A stretch of 64,000 nt of DNA. Source: Octopus sinensis. Its lineage: Eukaryota. Positions within the stretch are counted from its first letter, which is position 1. Each line of letters opens with the position of its first letter. The translations under genes were made by a program, and so were the position numbers. Positions 12,085 to 24,634 of this stretch are shown piece by piece. Below the pieces are notes generated by a model. It had not been told where the DNA came from, did not search any database, and saw only the letters and a program-made list of their open reading frames with translations. The stretch covers positions 1,550,001 through 1,614,000 of the forward strand of contig NC_043001.1 in the NCBI RefSeq assembly GCF_006345805.1, given 5' to 3'.

Positions 12085-12410
12085 ATCAGAGCTTTGGGTA
12101 AAATACCAAGAAGTGCTCTTAAACACTATGGCCAAATACCAGGAAGTCCCAAGGCATCAGAACCACAGAAAATTGCTCTCATGGGTCCTGCCCACATCCA
12201 AAGAAAAACATTGTCAACATGAAAATACTTGATTCTTTTAAAACTCTTTCAAAACTGAAATATTTCAAGTGTTCTCAGATTCTTGTCTCCTTCTTCTACA
12301 GTACATCATTGCTAATCACAAATAACACTCATGGTGACACGTCCATCTTGCTGCTATTTGAGGTCTTTGGCTGAAGCTTGTACCAGCTTGTATAATAAAA
12401 CAAAACAACA
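12085..12410 (+). mobile_element. RLE-type LINE 3' fragment
   Basis: Reads RALGKIPRSALKHYGQIPGSPKASEPQKIALMGPAHIQRKTLST*, matching the GALG...QKIALLGTAHILRK terminus. Confidence 0.75.
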
Positions 12411-12419
12411 ATAGTCATC

Positions 12420-12600
12420 ATCATCATCATCATCATCGTTTAACGTCCGCTTTCTATGCTAGCATGGGTTGGACGAATGACTGAGGGCTGGAGAACCAGA
12501 TGGCTGCACCAGGCTTCAATCTTGATCTGGCAGAGTTTCTACAGCTGGATGCCCTTCCTAACGTCAACCACTCCGAGGTTGCAACAGGCACGTAAAAAGT
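12420..12600 (-). mobile_element. RTE 3'UTR stub
   Basis: (CAT)n+cgtttaacgtccgctttctatgctagcatgggttggacg, reverse complement of the RTE terminus. Confidence 0.85.
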
Positions 12601-12899
12601 GTGAATAATAATAATGGCTTCAACTTCTAGCACAAGGCCAGCAATTTACGGGGATGGGTAAGTCTATTATATCGACTCTTGTGTTTAACTGGTAGGCCAG
12701 CAATTTTTGGAGAGGGGTTAACTTAATTACATTGACAGTAATGCTCAACTGGTACTTGTTTTATTAAGCCTGAAAGGATGGAAAGTAAAACTGGAATCGG
12801 TTGAATTTGAAAAGAGTGAAAAGACAGCCGAAATGTTACTAAGCATTGTGCCAATAATTCCGCAGGTTCACTGCTTCAACAACAACAACAGCAGCAGTA

Positions 12900-13095
12900 A
12901 GGGTTTCAAATTTTGGCAGTAGGGCAATAGTTTCAGGGGAAGGGTTAGGTCTATCATGTCAGCTGGTACTTATTTTATCGACCCCTGAAAGGATGAAAGG
13001 TAAAGTCAAACTCAGCAGAATTTGAACTCAGGATGTAAAGAAGCACAAAATGTCACTAAGCATTTTTCCAAACATGCTCACGATTCCTGCCAGCT
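12900..13095 (-). mobile_element. Deu/Nin-domain-like SINE; other copies 12616-12880, 22650-22845, 23503-23740, 24370-24585, 57535-57680, 63075-63277 (-) and 29940-30140, 39530-39720, 40108-40312, 40372-40580 (+)
   Basis: ctggtacttattttatcgacccctgaaaggatgaaaggtaaagtc is the reverse complement of the ctttcatcctt..gggtcgataaaataagtaccag central domain. Confidence 0.75.
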
Positions 13096-13109
13096 GGCCT
13101 CTCTGGGCC

Positions 13110-13436
13110 GTTAAGGCTAATAAACCAGATATTGTGGTGAAAGACCAGAAGAACAAAGTCTGTTTATTGATTAACATGAGCATACCTTGTGACCATAATG
13201 TCTCAGTAAAAGAATTTGATAGGTTCAGAAAATATAAAGATTTGCTGATTGAAATTGGAAAAATGTGGCATCTCAAGACAGTTACAACACCAGTGATTGT
13301 GGGAGCACATGGAATGATCAGAAAAGGAACGGAAAATTATTTGAGGAAGATACCTGGCTTATCATTCTTGCAAGAACTGCTAAAGATTGTATCAATTGGT
13401 CCATCACACTTATTGGAAAGAACACTGTCGCTGTGA
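13110..13436 (+). mobile_element. RLE (R4/Dong-like) LINE, PD-(D/E)xK endonuclease fragment
   Basis: KANKPDIVVKDQKNKVCLLINMSIP...KYKDLLIEIGKMWHLKT...PVIVGAHGMI. Confidence 0.85.
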
Positions 13437-13719
13437 ATTTTCTTTCTTTTTTTTCCCCATTTTATTTGTTTCTTTTGTCCACTTTTTCCTTTTTTATTTT
13501 TTAAATTAAAAAAAAAATTTTCAAACATTTTTTCTTTTTTTCTTTCTTTCCCTTTTTGTTTATCATATGGCTTTGCAAATGGACAATCTGGAGTGTTTAT
13601 TCTGATGGCCTATACAGTGATTTTCCTTGCCCTAGGTGTCAGGAAGACACACAGCAAGAAATAGAGACAACATAGAAAGAGAATAATGATAATAATAATA
13701 ATAATACCTTGGTGTACTA

Positions 13720-14310
13720 GAGTGCAACAAAATAATGGAAAAGGAAATGAAAGACCATTTGTTGGAAATCATAGCCAACAAAGATCAAAGATATGGTATG
13801 AGCAAACCCCAGGAGTCACCAAAAATGAGAAGTGCAAAATCCTGTGGGATGTAATGATCCGGTATGATCACGTGACCAGACATAGGAAACTGGACATTGT
13901 TGAAGTGAATAAAAAAGAAAGAACAAGTATGATAATTGACATAGCATTTCCCGAACACAACAAGATCAATGGGAAAGATAAAAAAAAATAAACAACTTTG
14001 ATGATTTAAAAATAAACAATTACAAAGGTTTTTGTTGATGAAGAGAGCAGAGATAATACGAATAGTAATTGGTGTACGTGGAAGCATCAGCACTCAGCTA
14101 CCAGTATGGTTGAAAATGTTAAGTGAAAGTGTGAAGGTAGAACACCTACAAAACTCAGCATTGCTTGGAACTGCAAGAATTCTTTGCAGGGTTCTTGAAG
14201 CATGACCAGTAAAACAAGTATCACCTTAGTCTGCTGGCTGTGGGCTGCTGACACTTGCCATCATTCCAAGCAAAATAAGCTGTGAGTTTTCATATAATAA
14301 TAATAATACT
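13720..14310 (+). mobile_element. RLE LINE 3' fragment, frameshifted, (TAA)n tail
   Basis: KILWDVMIRYDHVTRHRKLDIVEV...IIDIAFP and VEHLQNSALLGTARILCRVLEA*. Confidence 0.85.
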
Positions 14311-15084
14311 TTTAACATTGGTATTGTGATCACAAATTTTTCTGGAGGTACTCCTCATTAAAACTACCCCCAGTATTTGACTAGCTTTTTATTGATTCTG
14401 GAAGTCAGAATATAATGGTTGATTTTCTCCAATGTTCCACCAGTTCTGTCATTTGCTCCCTGATAGCAATTACCAACTGTAATAATAATAACAATAATAA
14501 CAATAATAATAATAAAGCTATTTGCATGGGATGATTACAATAATCAAAATCCTGAAGATGACTGAGCGACTATTTAAGAATCCTCAAGAATGGAATGTTA
14601 AAGAACTCCATTAAATGGAGGTAAAAAAAAATCTCTGCTGCCAAGAAAACTAGGCATGAGAAAATAAGCTGAATGCAAAAATATGAAAGCAATTAAGAAG
14701 AGTACGGCTGTAGTCACACATGACCCCAATATTGTTAATTAAAAGGAAATTAACTAAAAAAAATTTTAAAAAAAAGGTAAATGGACTATAAAATCAGGGA
14801 ACAACTCACAGACCACTAAATACAATATCAAAATACAGATTTTTCATTGGCTGCTTATAAAAATAATTATGAAAAGTTGTGAACAGATGCTTGCCAGAAA
14901 GCTGCTAGTATTGTAGGAAACACATTTCTTCAGACTGTTTACGAAACTGGTGAAAATAACAAAAGACAAAACAAGAAAATAAATAAAATGGAAAATAATA
15001 AAAAAAAACATGTCCCAGGTGTAAAGGGGAAGTGAAAACCCTTTGGAAGAAATGGTTATGTATTTGTCTGTGTATGTATGCATC

Positions 15085-15480
15085 ATCATCATCGTTTAAC
15101 GTCCATTTTCCATGCTAGCATAGGTTGGACGATTTTGACTGAGGGCTGGCAAACTAGATGGCTGCACCAGGCTCCAATCATGATCTGGCAGAGTTTCTAC
15201 AGCTGGATGCCCTTCCTAATGCCAACCACTTCGAGAATGTAGTGCTTTTTACGTGCCACCAGCATGGGGGCCAGTCAGGCAGTACTGGTAACGACCTAGC
15301 TCGAATCTTTTTACACATGCCACCGGTATAAGTACCAGTAAGGTGCCGCTGGTAACGATCATGCTCAAATGGTGCCCTTTTATGTGCCACCGGCATGGAA
15401 GCCAGTTGGCTGCTCTGGCAACGATCACACTCGGATGGTGCTCTTGGCACCCTCCTAGCACAAGCACAAGTGCCAGTAAG
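15085..15480 (-). mobile_element. RTE 3'UTR-derived repeat
   Basis: Reverse complement of the RTE terminus, with several gtgccggtggcac modules. Confidence 0.85.
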
Positions 15481-15836
15481 GCATTATCACAATTTTAATG
15501 CCTATTTTTCCATGCTTTCTTGGGGTGGACAGAATTTTATTGAGGCAGCTCTGGTTGGATATCCTTGTTGGCAACCACACTTGTTTCCAAACAAAATAAT
15601 ATTTCCCCGTAGCCAGACATATTTTCCATGGAAATCTGGAAATGACTGACACTGCTTCTATGACAGGGACATTCATTTACAACTATCGAGCTACGTCAAG
15701 ACAAAGAGACATAAATACCTACATATATATATTTTTTAAACGTGGACAAACAACAAACTCCTTTCTGTTTCTAAATCCACTAGCAAGGAGGCTTTGGTCG
15801 ATCCAAGGCTATAGTAGAAGTCCGTTACTAAAGGTG

Positions 15837-16137
15837 TGGAGGCACATGGCCTAGTGGTTAGAGCAGTGGTCTCACGGTTGAGGGATCACAGGTTCAAATC
15901 TCAGACCAGGCGATGTGTGTGTTTATGAGTGAAACACCTAAGCTTCACACGAATCCAGTAGAAGGTAATGGCGAACTTCTGCTGACTCTTTCACCACAAC
16001 TTTCTCTCACTCTTTCCTCCTGAATCTTGCAGCTCACCTGTGACGGACCGGCATCCCATCCAGGTGGGGAACCTATACGCCAAGGAAACCGGGAAACCAG
16101 CCCTTATGAGCCAGGCATGGCTTGAGAAGGAACAAAC
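15837..16137 (+). mobile_element. tRNA-derived SINE family B (V-domain-like core), nested in a minus-strand family A SINE (about 15700-16215)
   Basis: A box TGGCCTAGTGG and B box GGTTCAAATCT; core gacggaccggcatcccatccagg; flanking TSD TTACT[A/C]AAGGTG. Confidence 0.8.
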
Positions 16138-17142
16138 TTACTCAAGGTGCCATGCAGTGGAATAGAACCTAAAACCATAGAGAAGTAAACCTCTGAGCTA
16201 CTCATTCACAGGTGCACCTATTTATATATAATATATACAATTTTTTTTATTTTCTGTAGGAAGGGGTAAAGTCCATGTCCTTTGAAGGTCCACCAAGTCC
16301 AGTAATGTCATTAATGTTCCCTCTTGAATCTTTATAAGTGAACATCTGCAGGAAATATATGAGCAAGGTGGGAATTCCAGAGGGATGAGGTTTTTGTTGG
16401 AAAGTATTGGGTGTACTGATTAGAATGGTGCTTGTGGGTTCACATAGCAAGGCTGATGGGAAAAGGAGAAATGGGAAGAAGAAATGAAATGGGAAAGATA
16501 GAGTGGAAGTGGCATGAGCCCAGCCAGATTTAAGGAACAGAACAAAATAATGATGGAAGAGGCAGCTCACTGGTGAATCAGAAGAGGAAGCACATGTACC
16601 AGTGAACAATATAGGCTTAGAATTATGGGTAATGAAATCCTAGTCAAAAATATTTCTCATAAAAAGGCATTGAATTTCTTTATAGATATTATGTATGGAG
16701 AGAAAAGTGTTTGGTCAGATTTGTTGTAATTGCTATATAAAATATACTGTAAATGTTAATGCATCTTAAATGAAACTAAGAAAAAGAAATTTCAAAGTGT
16801 GGCCTTTGAACCTCATAGTTTTGGCTGTGAAAGTGCTCTGGCTGGGAAGTTGATGTGAAGGAAATGACATGATTGTACTTTGTGTGAAAAATATGCACAT
16901 TCCGTACACATGTACAAATATATATAAATGTGTGTGTGTGTGTGTGTGTGTGTATTTATGTACGTGTACAATATGAAAAACAATAGCATACTGAAGATTA
17001 TAAGAAGTTTGCTACATCAAATATATGTTTACTACAAGAAAAGAAGAAAGTCTGCTATTTGAAGAAAGAAACCAAGAGTTCCTGATCTTTCTTTTCTTCT
17101 CTCTCTTCACAGAAGACCTGAGCCAGAAGTAATGACCCTGCT

Positions 17143-17391
17143 CTATTCTTTGTATTGAATACATTCATTTAAACTATCGTATTCTCTCTTAGAGTGTTTA
17201 ACAGGGATGCTGAGTTCCACCAGTTTCTTCCAGTTATGGATTTTACGCGAAGAAATATTGCCATAGATGTAAACTAAAGCAAAAAATACAATGGAAACTC
17301 GCCTAAAGACAATGCATTCATCCAATTCTAAACTAAATGTGGTATTGGTATCAACATAAGTAAACTTAACTGTGTTATACAAAGCAGTCAA
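17143..17391 (-). pseudogene. Possible hAT (Buster/Charlie-like) transposase relic
   Basis: ORF contains TFSLELDEC...LVYIY...KKLVEL, reminiscent of the hAT FSLxLDES motif; similarity judged by eye only. Confidence 0.25.
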
Positions 17392-19524
17392 GTGGGCGGG
17401 GAGTGGGGGGGGCGAGCATAACTTAAAAACAGAGATTTGACTAGAAACAAGAATGCTTTCCTTTCATCAATACTTCAAAGGAAAAAAATGTTCTGAAGAA
17501 TACAGTGGAACCAATATGCCAAATACGTAAAGGTGTCTGATATAAAAACTGAAAATCTAATTCCCCAGAAGAATGGTTCAGGCCATGCGATGCTGTCTAT
17601 AGAAACAGTAAGATATAGATTTGATACTCTAAAAAATTCCTCAGATGCAGTAAGAGTGGCCAAGAAGACCGAAACATTTGATAATGTAATCCAAGGTGAA
17701 CTGTGTTTAAGTTTAAGATGCAGTGGCATAGTAGGTGTTACCTTTGGTCTACTGCATCAAGAACAACCTAAGGTTAGGCATCAATAAATGAAAAATGGTA
17801 TAAGTTCATTTCTGGAAATTGTAGCAGAATGATGAGAGAGACAATGGACAAGAGACTAGATATTGTAAATCAAAACTGGAAGGAAAATTATTAAGAATTA
17901 TCAAATTCTATCTGATCATTGCAGCTTAGAATATATATATTTTAAAAAAAGTGGGGACTGAAAAAATTTCAAGATATAAAGCTTTTGAAATAAAGGTTCT
18001 GCAGAGATAAGGCTATAACTGTCATCTCTGTTTTTAATATTAAAGTCGGGCAAAATGAATAAGACAGAAAAATATGAAAGAAAGAAAATAGCTGGTTCTT
18101 TCACACTGAGAAAATTAGAAATTTCTTTTTAAGCAGAGGTGGTCATGCAATTAAAATTTGCTTCCTAACTATGTGGATTGGGTTCAGTCCTACTGGGTCA
18201 TACCTTTGGCAAGTGTCTTCTACTAAAGCCCCCAGATGATCAAAAACTTGTGATTGGATTTGGTGAACAGAAACCGAAAAAAGACTGTTGCATGTATGTG
18301 TCCTTGTTCTGACATTGTGGGACAGATGTAAATGGACATCAGCATTTCACAAGAGAGGGTTGATGGGGACCATTTCCAATCTGCCATGAAATTATCCCCA
18401 GTCAAGGGGATATTTCATGTTGCTTGGAGACAAGTGAGGGTTAGCGACAGGAAGGGCATCTGGCTGTACAGGAAATCTGCTTTGGCAAATTGTTTGACTT
18501 ATGCAATCATAGAAATGCAGGAAGAATTAAAGCAACGATGAGGATGTATCACTTGTATCATATGAAAAATTCTTTCTCCAAGAGAAGAAAAAACAAAAAT
18601 CAATGGCATTTAGAGAGAAGACCACAAGAAAAATAATGATCTCATACTTAAATAATGACATCTTGAAAATAATAAACAGCCTTATAAAATCAATATTTAT
18701 AGATACCTCTGCTACATGTAAAAACACACACACACATGCATGCACACACACATGCATGCACACACACATGCATGCACACACACATGCATGCACACACACA
18801 TGCATGCACACACACATGCATGCACACACACACACACGCACAGTAGAACAACATTTCTTTTAAGTAACTCTCCTAAGTCCTCCACTATGGTTACTTTGTC
18901 AATGGCTCAGATATGCAAACAGAATTTCATATACAAGTAGAATCAGGAATTGGCAGAATAATGGTAATACGGAACTCAAGTGGTTGTAAATAAAAGGAAC
19001 AAAACAGGCTTTTGAAGGATTCCTTGGCAAACCTTTCAAAAGTGAAACCCAAATATTCATGATTCTTGGGAAATGAGGAGAGTCTTAGGAAAACACTTAC
19101 TAGGAAATAAGAACTCTTTTAACAAGGAACCTTCTCTAACATCAACAAGAATAATATTAATAAAGATTCTTGTATTTGTCAGAAGGGCAAGAAAAATGTA
19201 TAACAAGTAAATATGTTAATGAAAACAAACATTTTGGGATTTAAAAAAGGAAAAAGTGAATAAAAAAAAGCAAATTACAAGTTTGTGTAAATTCATATCA
19301 TCACCTTTTATTCCAGTGTGCAGATGCACACTTGCATATATGTACAAATGCATGTATGCACAAATAGAAATGCACTTATTGTGGGATCATAGCCAATAGC
19401 CAAGATTGATTATATCAATCTGCCATGGCATGAAAACAAATACACTCACACACAAATTGAATAGCAGTCATAGAAAACAACCAAAATGTGAGGATTGGAA
19501 ATAGAACCGATCCTTATAATAATA

Positions 19525-19680
19525 ATAATACATGCCTTGGGAGTTATTGATGAACACATAGACAAATACATAACCCAAACCCCAGGACTGACAAATATAG
19601 ATGCAATAATATATAGGAAAACAGTACCACCAGGCACTGCACAGATATTACATAATGTGCTGTCAATACAATAGACTAAA
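19525..19680 (+). mobile_element. RLE LINE terminal fragment
   Basis: HALGVIDEHIDKYITQTPGLTNI...PGTAQILHNVLSIQ*. Confidence 0.75.
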
Positions 19681-19807
19681 CCAAATCAAACTATTGCACA
19701 TACCCAAGGCATCACACACAGAAACTGTGCTTGATACTACAGTGAATGCATGGAATTAAAAAGATAAGACATTCAAAATAATGTTAATGATAATAATAAT
19801 AATAATG

Positions 19808-19856
<49 letters not shown>

Positions 19857-19934
19857 TGATAATAATAATTAGTAGGAATAACATTTTGGCAACACTATTG
19901 TTGTTGTTATCCTTATTATTCTTGCTGTTGTATT

Positions 19935-20505
19935 GTTGGTTGGAAACTGTATAAAAATATAACATGGACAGAGGTGGTAGCTGGTATAAACATCACCATA
20001 ATACAGAGGAAGATAAGTTGTGGTGGGGTTTCATCATTCAATGAGATAAAGAGGTTGAGGTCAGGAGACCAGACATTGTTATCATTACCAGATAGGAAAG
20101 ATACTGAACAACTACTGATGTAACATCTCTGGGTGATAACAGAGTGTAGAGGGAACTTGCTAAATGACATAAATCATGTTTGAAGAAGACTGGAGACTGA
20201 AGTTCGAAAAGGAATATTACAGTAAGCCATATTACTAAGAGTCACAAGAAACCTAAGGTAAGGTGGAGCGAATGGAAGAATCCCAAATGAATCTTGCACC
20301 TTGGATTTCATTTCAAAATTCATTTGTATCATAGGGAAAGGTTAGCTATCAAGGTAAATATGCAAGTGCTCCAAAAATCTTCCCTCCTTGGAACAGCTCA
20401 TACATTCGAAAGAAAGGTATTTTCTGTTGAAGGCTCTTTCTTAAGGACTGGCAGCATAAAGAAAACAAACAAGAACAAAACATAAAATTTTGTATCCAGA
20501 CTGCA
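19935..20505 (+). mobile_element. RLE LINE 3' fragment, degraded
   Basis: LWWGFIIQ*DKEVEVRRPDIVII and VNMQVLQKSSLLGTAHTFERKV. Confidence 0.8.
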
Positions 20506-20524
20506 ATAATAATGATAATAATAA

Positions 20525-21066
20525 TACCAGGCATTGGCTCTTGTGGCTTTTGATCTTAACTGATTGGAAGTGTTATCATGTACATTGTTTGTCTTGGCAT
20601 AAAAGATGGGCTACAGCAAATATTCTGCTCAATACCACAGATTTGCTTGTCAGTTGTTTGACCTTAACCAGATGGGCATGTCCCTTAGTGGCTGATGATA
20701 TGTGCATCTCTGATCATGAGCAGAAGTAGTGGAGGATCGTCATAGCCATGTGTTGAGAGGGATTCTTTGGGGTTTGGACAATTCACCTCTGGAAACATGG
20801 GTGTTTCATTCTACATGCTTAAATAACCCTTTTTCAGGGACCTTTTGAGTGGGATGGGTTACTCAACCTGAAGAAAATTCTAACTGGGTCCCACCTGCAA
20901 GGTCACACACTATTTATCTTGATATGAGATCACCATGTCGCGCACATGTGGTTATGATGCATGTGCCTGGTGTAACCTTATTAGACGGGTAGTCATGAGG
21001 GGTATACTGGGCTTTGTATATTTTATCCTAGTGTCACTTTGATGGCACACACTGCCCTCTCACTCA
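20525..21066 (+). mobile_element. ~540-bp non-coding retroposon in (AAT)n, copy 2
   Basis: Same 5' start (taccag..tggctct) and 3' end as 10634-11173. Confidence 0.9.
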
Positions 21067-21853
21067 ATAATAATAACAATGATGATGATGATGGTAATCA
21101 AATTACAAGTTTCTTGAAAAAAATGATGTCAATAAGCATGATGTCTTTTGGCTCATCATCACTTAAAGTCAACTTTCCAATGTGCTTGCATGGGTTGGAT
21201 GGAATTTGTTGGGGAGCATTTTCTACAGGTAGGTGCTCTTCCTGTTGCCAACCCACAAGCAATTTAATAGTTTCCCAAGACCACACATATTTTTGCAAAC
21301 ATTTGGAAAAGAAAGACTCTACATAGCATGATGATGGTATTTGTTTACATCTACTGCATGAAGTTTAAGACAAGGAAACTGTAGCACATGTACATAGACA
21401 TAAATATGAAGAGCTTCTTTCAGTTTCTATCTGCTAAATCTACTTATAAAGCTTTGGCTGGTCAGCTTGAAGCTATAACACAAGACACTTGCCTAAGGTG
21501 TTACTCAGTGGGATTGAACCAGAAACCGTGTTGTTGGGAAACAAATGCCTATCACATGTAATTGCCAGCACCTAAGTAAGTGAAAAGAAACCAGATCTAA
21601 ACTTCCACTTCATATTGGAGCCTCAGAGTTTAGGTTTTGAAGATGAACAAAAGAGTAACATCCGTACCAGAGCTAACGACTCTCTAAATTAGTTCTGCTA
21701 GTTGCAGTCCTCACCCAACACAACACATTATCAATAGGATAATTCCTCATACACCTTATAGAATCTCACCCTACTCCACCCCCCAGTAACCCAACTCACC
21801 CAGATAATGTCATAATTTGAAATAATGTCATTATCTAGAGATACAGACGTTCT

Positions 21854-22240
21854 GACACAATGTACCATGAGTGCCCTAACTGTGCACGAGGGACCAGGAC
21901 ATTACCAACAAAGAGTTGACACAATGTACCATGAGTGCCCTAACTGTGCACGAGGGACCAGGACATTACCAACAAAGAGTTGACACAATGTACCATGAGT
22001 GCCCTAACTGTGCACGAGGGACCAGGACATTACCAACAAAGAGTTGACACAATGTACCATGAGTGCCCTAACTGTGCACGAGGGACCAGGACATTACCAA
22101 CAAAGAGTTGACACAATGTACCATGAGTGCCCTAACTGTGCACGAGGGACCAGGACATTACCAACAAAAAGTTGACACAATGTACCATGAGTGCCCTAAC
22201 TGTGCACGAGGGACCAGGACATTACTTTACCAACAAAGAG
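21854..22240 (+). repeat. 64-bp minisatellite, 6 copies
   Basis: Unit GACACAATGTACCATGAGTGCCCTAACTGTGCACGAGGGACCAGGACATTACCAACAAAGAGTT starts at 21854, 21918, 21982, 22046, 22110, 22174; one substitution in copy 5, 4-nt insertion in copy 6. Confidence 0.97.
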
Positions 22241-22640
22241 CTGATAATACTTGATAAAATGATGAAGGAAACCAAGAGCGTAGATATTGCCCCACCTGTG
22301 TGAGTTAATGATAAAGAATTGGAAAAGACAGAAAAGATGAGATTGCATGGATGTGGGCAATGAAGAAAATAACTGTGATCCCTGTAGCTGTAGAGGTACA
22401 GGGAGGAGTATTAACAACCAGGTATGAGAAATTTATTGGTAAATTTGGGATTGACTAGGAGATAGAACATGTTTAGAAAACTGGTCTATTGGGGAGAGTG
22501 TCAATTTTGAGACTGGTACAGTGATGTTAAGTATCATGGAAACTGACCCTGGGAGACCTTTGACAACAAGTTGCTGTCTGCTCTTACAAAATTAACAGGA
22601 GCAAGTGAAATCAAGAGCTCTGAGAAGTGAAATTTAAAAA
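22226..22640 (+). mobile_element. RLE LINE 3' fragment abutting the minisatellite
   Basis: NKELIILDKMMKETKSVDIAP...MWAMKKITVIPVAVE...KTGLLGRVSILR. Confidence 0.7.
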
Positions 22641-23769
22641 GTGATAATGACTTCAAAGTTAGGCACAAGGCCAGTAGTTTTTGAAGGGTGGTGATTAACC
22701 TATGATACCGGTCCCAGTACATGACTGGTACTATATTGACCTTGAAAGGACACAAAGTAGAGTTGACCTGGGTGGGATTTGAACTCAGATTGTAAAAAGC
22801 TGGAACAAATACTGCAAAGCAGTTTTTTTCCAATGCCCTAACCGCTCATAGAATAAAAAAATATTTTGTACAAAATATGAAAACAAAAATTTTCATTAAT
22901 AATATTTTTTTTTAATTCATTTGGTATTTTTGCGGGGGAATGGTAGAAATGTTTTTTTTTATGGGAAAGGAAAAGAGAGATGGAAAGAGAGAAATATTTG
23001 ATTTTTATTTATTTTTTTGGAAAAAAAATCTATAATAGATTATACTGAGACAGAAAGGGAAAAAAACATGGTTGGAATTTTTGTTTTGCTTCTTACAAAT
23101 TAAATTAAATAAAAAATAATATTTTTAGTGAATGGTTGACATCTCTGAAGAATACAGAATGCTATAAACTAAACAACTGACAGCTATTTGAGGTTTGTGT
23201 TTGTGTGTTTGAGCAGAAAGTCCAATCTAATATTTTTCATCAGCAACTTAGCTGTGTGTGTTTGGATGGAAGTAAACGCTGCCTCTATACACTGCTACCT
23301 GTGATATAGTTGTGGTGGTTGTTGTCGTTATTGTTATAGGGGGTGAGTGTAGCGATAGTTATCTGGTGTCATATGTAGGTACATTACTACTCTGACTTTT
23401 TCTATAACAGCAACTACTACTACTACTACTACAGTTAAGCACTAGGTATAATTGAAAAGGAAGTCATTCAAGTTGTGAATAAATAACAACAACAATAATA
23501 ATCCTTTCTACTATAGTCACAGGGCCTGAAATTTTGGGGGAGGAGGTAAGTTGATTACATCAACACCAGTGCATAGCTGGTACTTATTTCATGGAGCCTG
23601 AAAGAATAAAAGGCAAAGTCAACCTTGGAGGAATTTGAACTCAGAAAGCAAAAGAGAGACAAAAGAAGTGCCACTAATCCTTTTGTCCAGCCTGCTAAGT
23701 GTTCTATCAGCTCACCAAAGATAATAGCAACAACAACAACAACAATAATAATAATAGAAATAGAAATAC

Positions 23770-24190
23770 TGAAGGCCAGCTATAGTAACCTTTAGGAGGG
23801 ACAAACAAGGGTGCCTAATAATAGACATGACAATACCAGATGATCAACATAAAGAAAGAGAAAAAGTTGATAAATATGGAGACCTGAGAATTGAGATTGC
23901 CAAAACCTGGCAGCTACGAGAGTCAAACATAAAGGTTGTCCCTGTTGTCATCGGAGCATTGGGTTCAATACCACCCAAGCTGAAGAAACATCTGGAAACT
24001 TTAGAAATACCCTACAACCAGGTATACTGCAAAAGTTGGCATTACTTGGAACTGCACTCATATTGCGTAAAGTACTTTATGTCTAGGATGCTTGTTGTGA
24101 CTTGATAGACAGAGCAAACCTCCAATAGACACAATATCTTCAATCAACAACCTCACGATATTGGAAACTGTGTGACTTCTTAAATGATAA
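23770..24190 (+). mobile_element. RLE LINE 3' fragment (family shared with 57330, 57698, 62912)
   Basis: RPAIVTFRR...KVDKYGDLRIEIAKTWQL...VVPVVIGALGSIP; shared 3'UTR caatatcttcaatcaacaac. Confidence 0.88.
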
Positions 24191-24599
24191 TAATATTTTA
24201 TTAGCGACAAGGTCCAAAAGACCTTCCTGGAAAATAAGGGCAGTGGGGAGTTCCGTAGATGTGTGTGTGTGTGTAAATAAGGGCAGTGGGGGAGTTCCAT
24301 AGATGTGTGTGTGTGTGTGTGTGTGAATAAATATAAAAAATAATTAACAATAATAACAGCAATAGTAATTCTTTCTCATTACGGAACAAGGTAAGTAATT
24401 TTAGAGAAAGGATTTAGTTTATTGGATTGACCCCAGTACATGACTGGTTACTTTATTTCATCAAAACTGAAAGGATGAAAGGCAAAGACAACATTAGCAG
24501 CATTGGAACTCAGAATGTAAAAAAACCAGAAGAAATGTTGCTAAGCATTTGGCCTCACACAATAAGGATTCTGCTAGCTTGTCTCCTAACAACAACAAC

Positions 24600-24634
<35 letters not shown>

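Noticed and set aside
15840-15910. tRNA gene (also 59637-59710)
   Set aside because: A and B boxes are present, but there is no closed cloverleaf and no T-run terminator, and each continues into a SINE body.
18527-18863. Signal-peptide-like ORF (MSLFKYEIIIFLVVFSLNAID)
   Set aside because: Hydrophobicity follows from T-rich composition, the ORF begins in a (CACACATG)n repeat, and no donor follows.
21854-22240. CRISPR-like array
   Set aside because: Units are contiguous and identical with no unique spacers; no cas genes; eukaryotic context.
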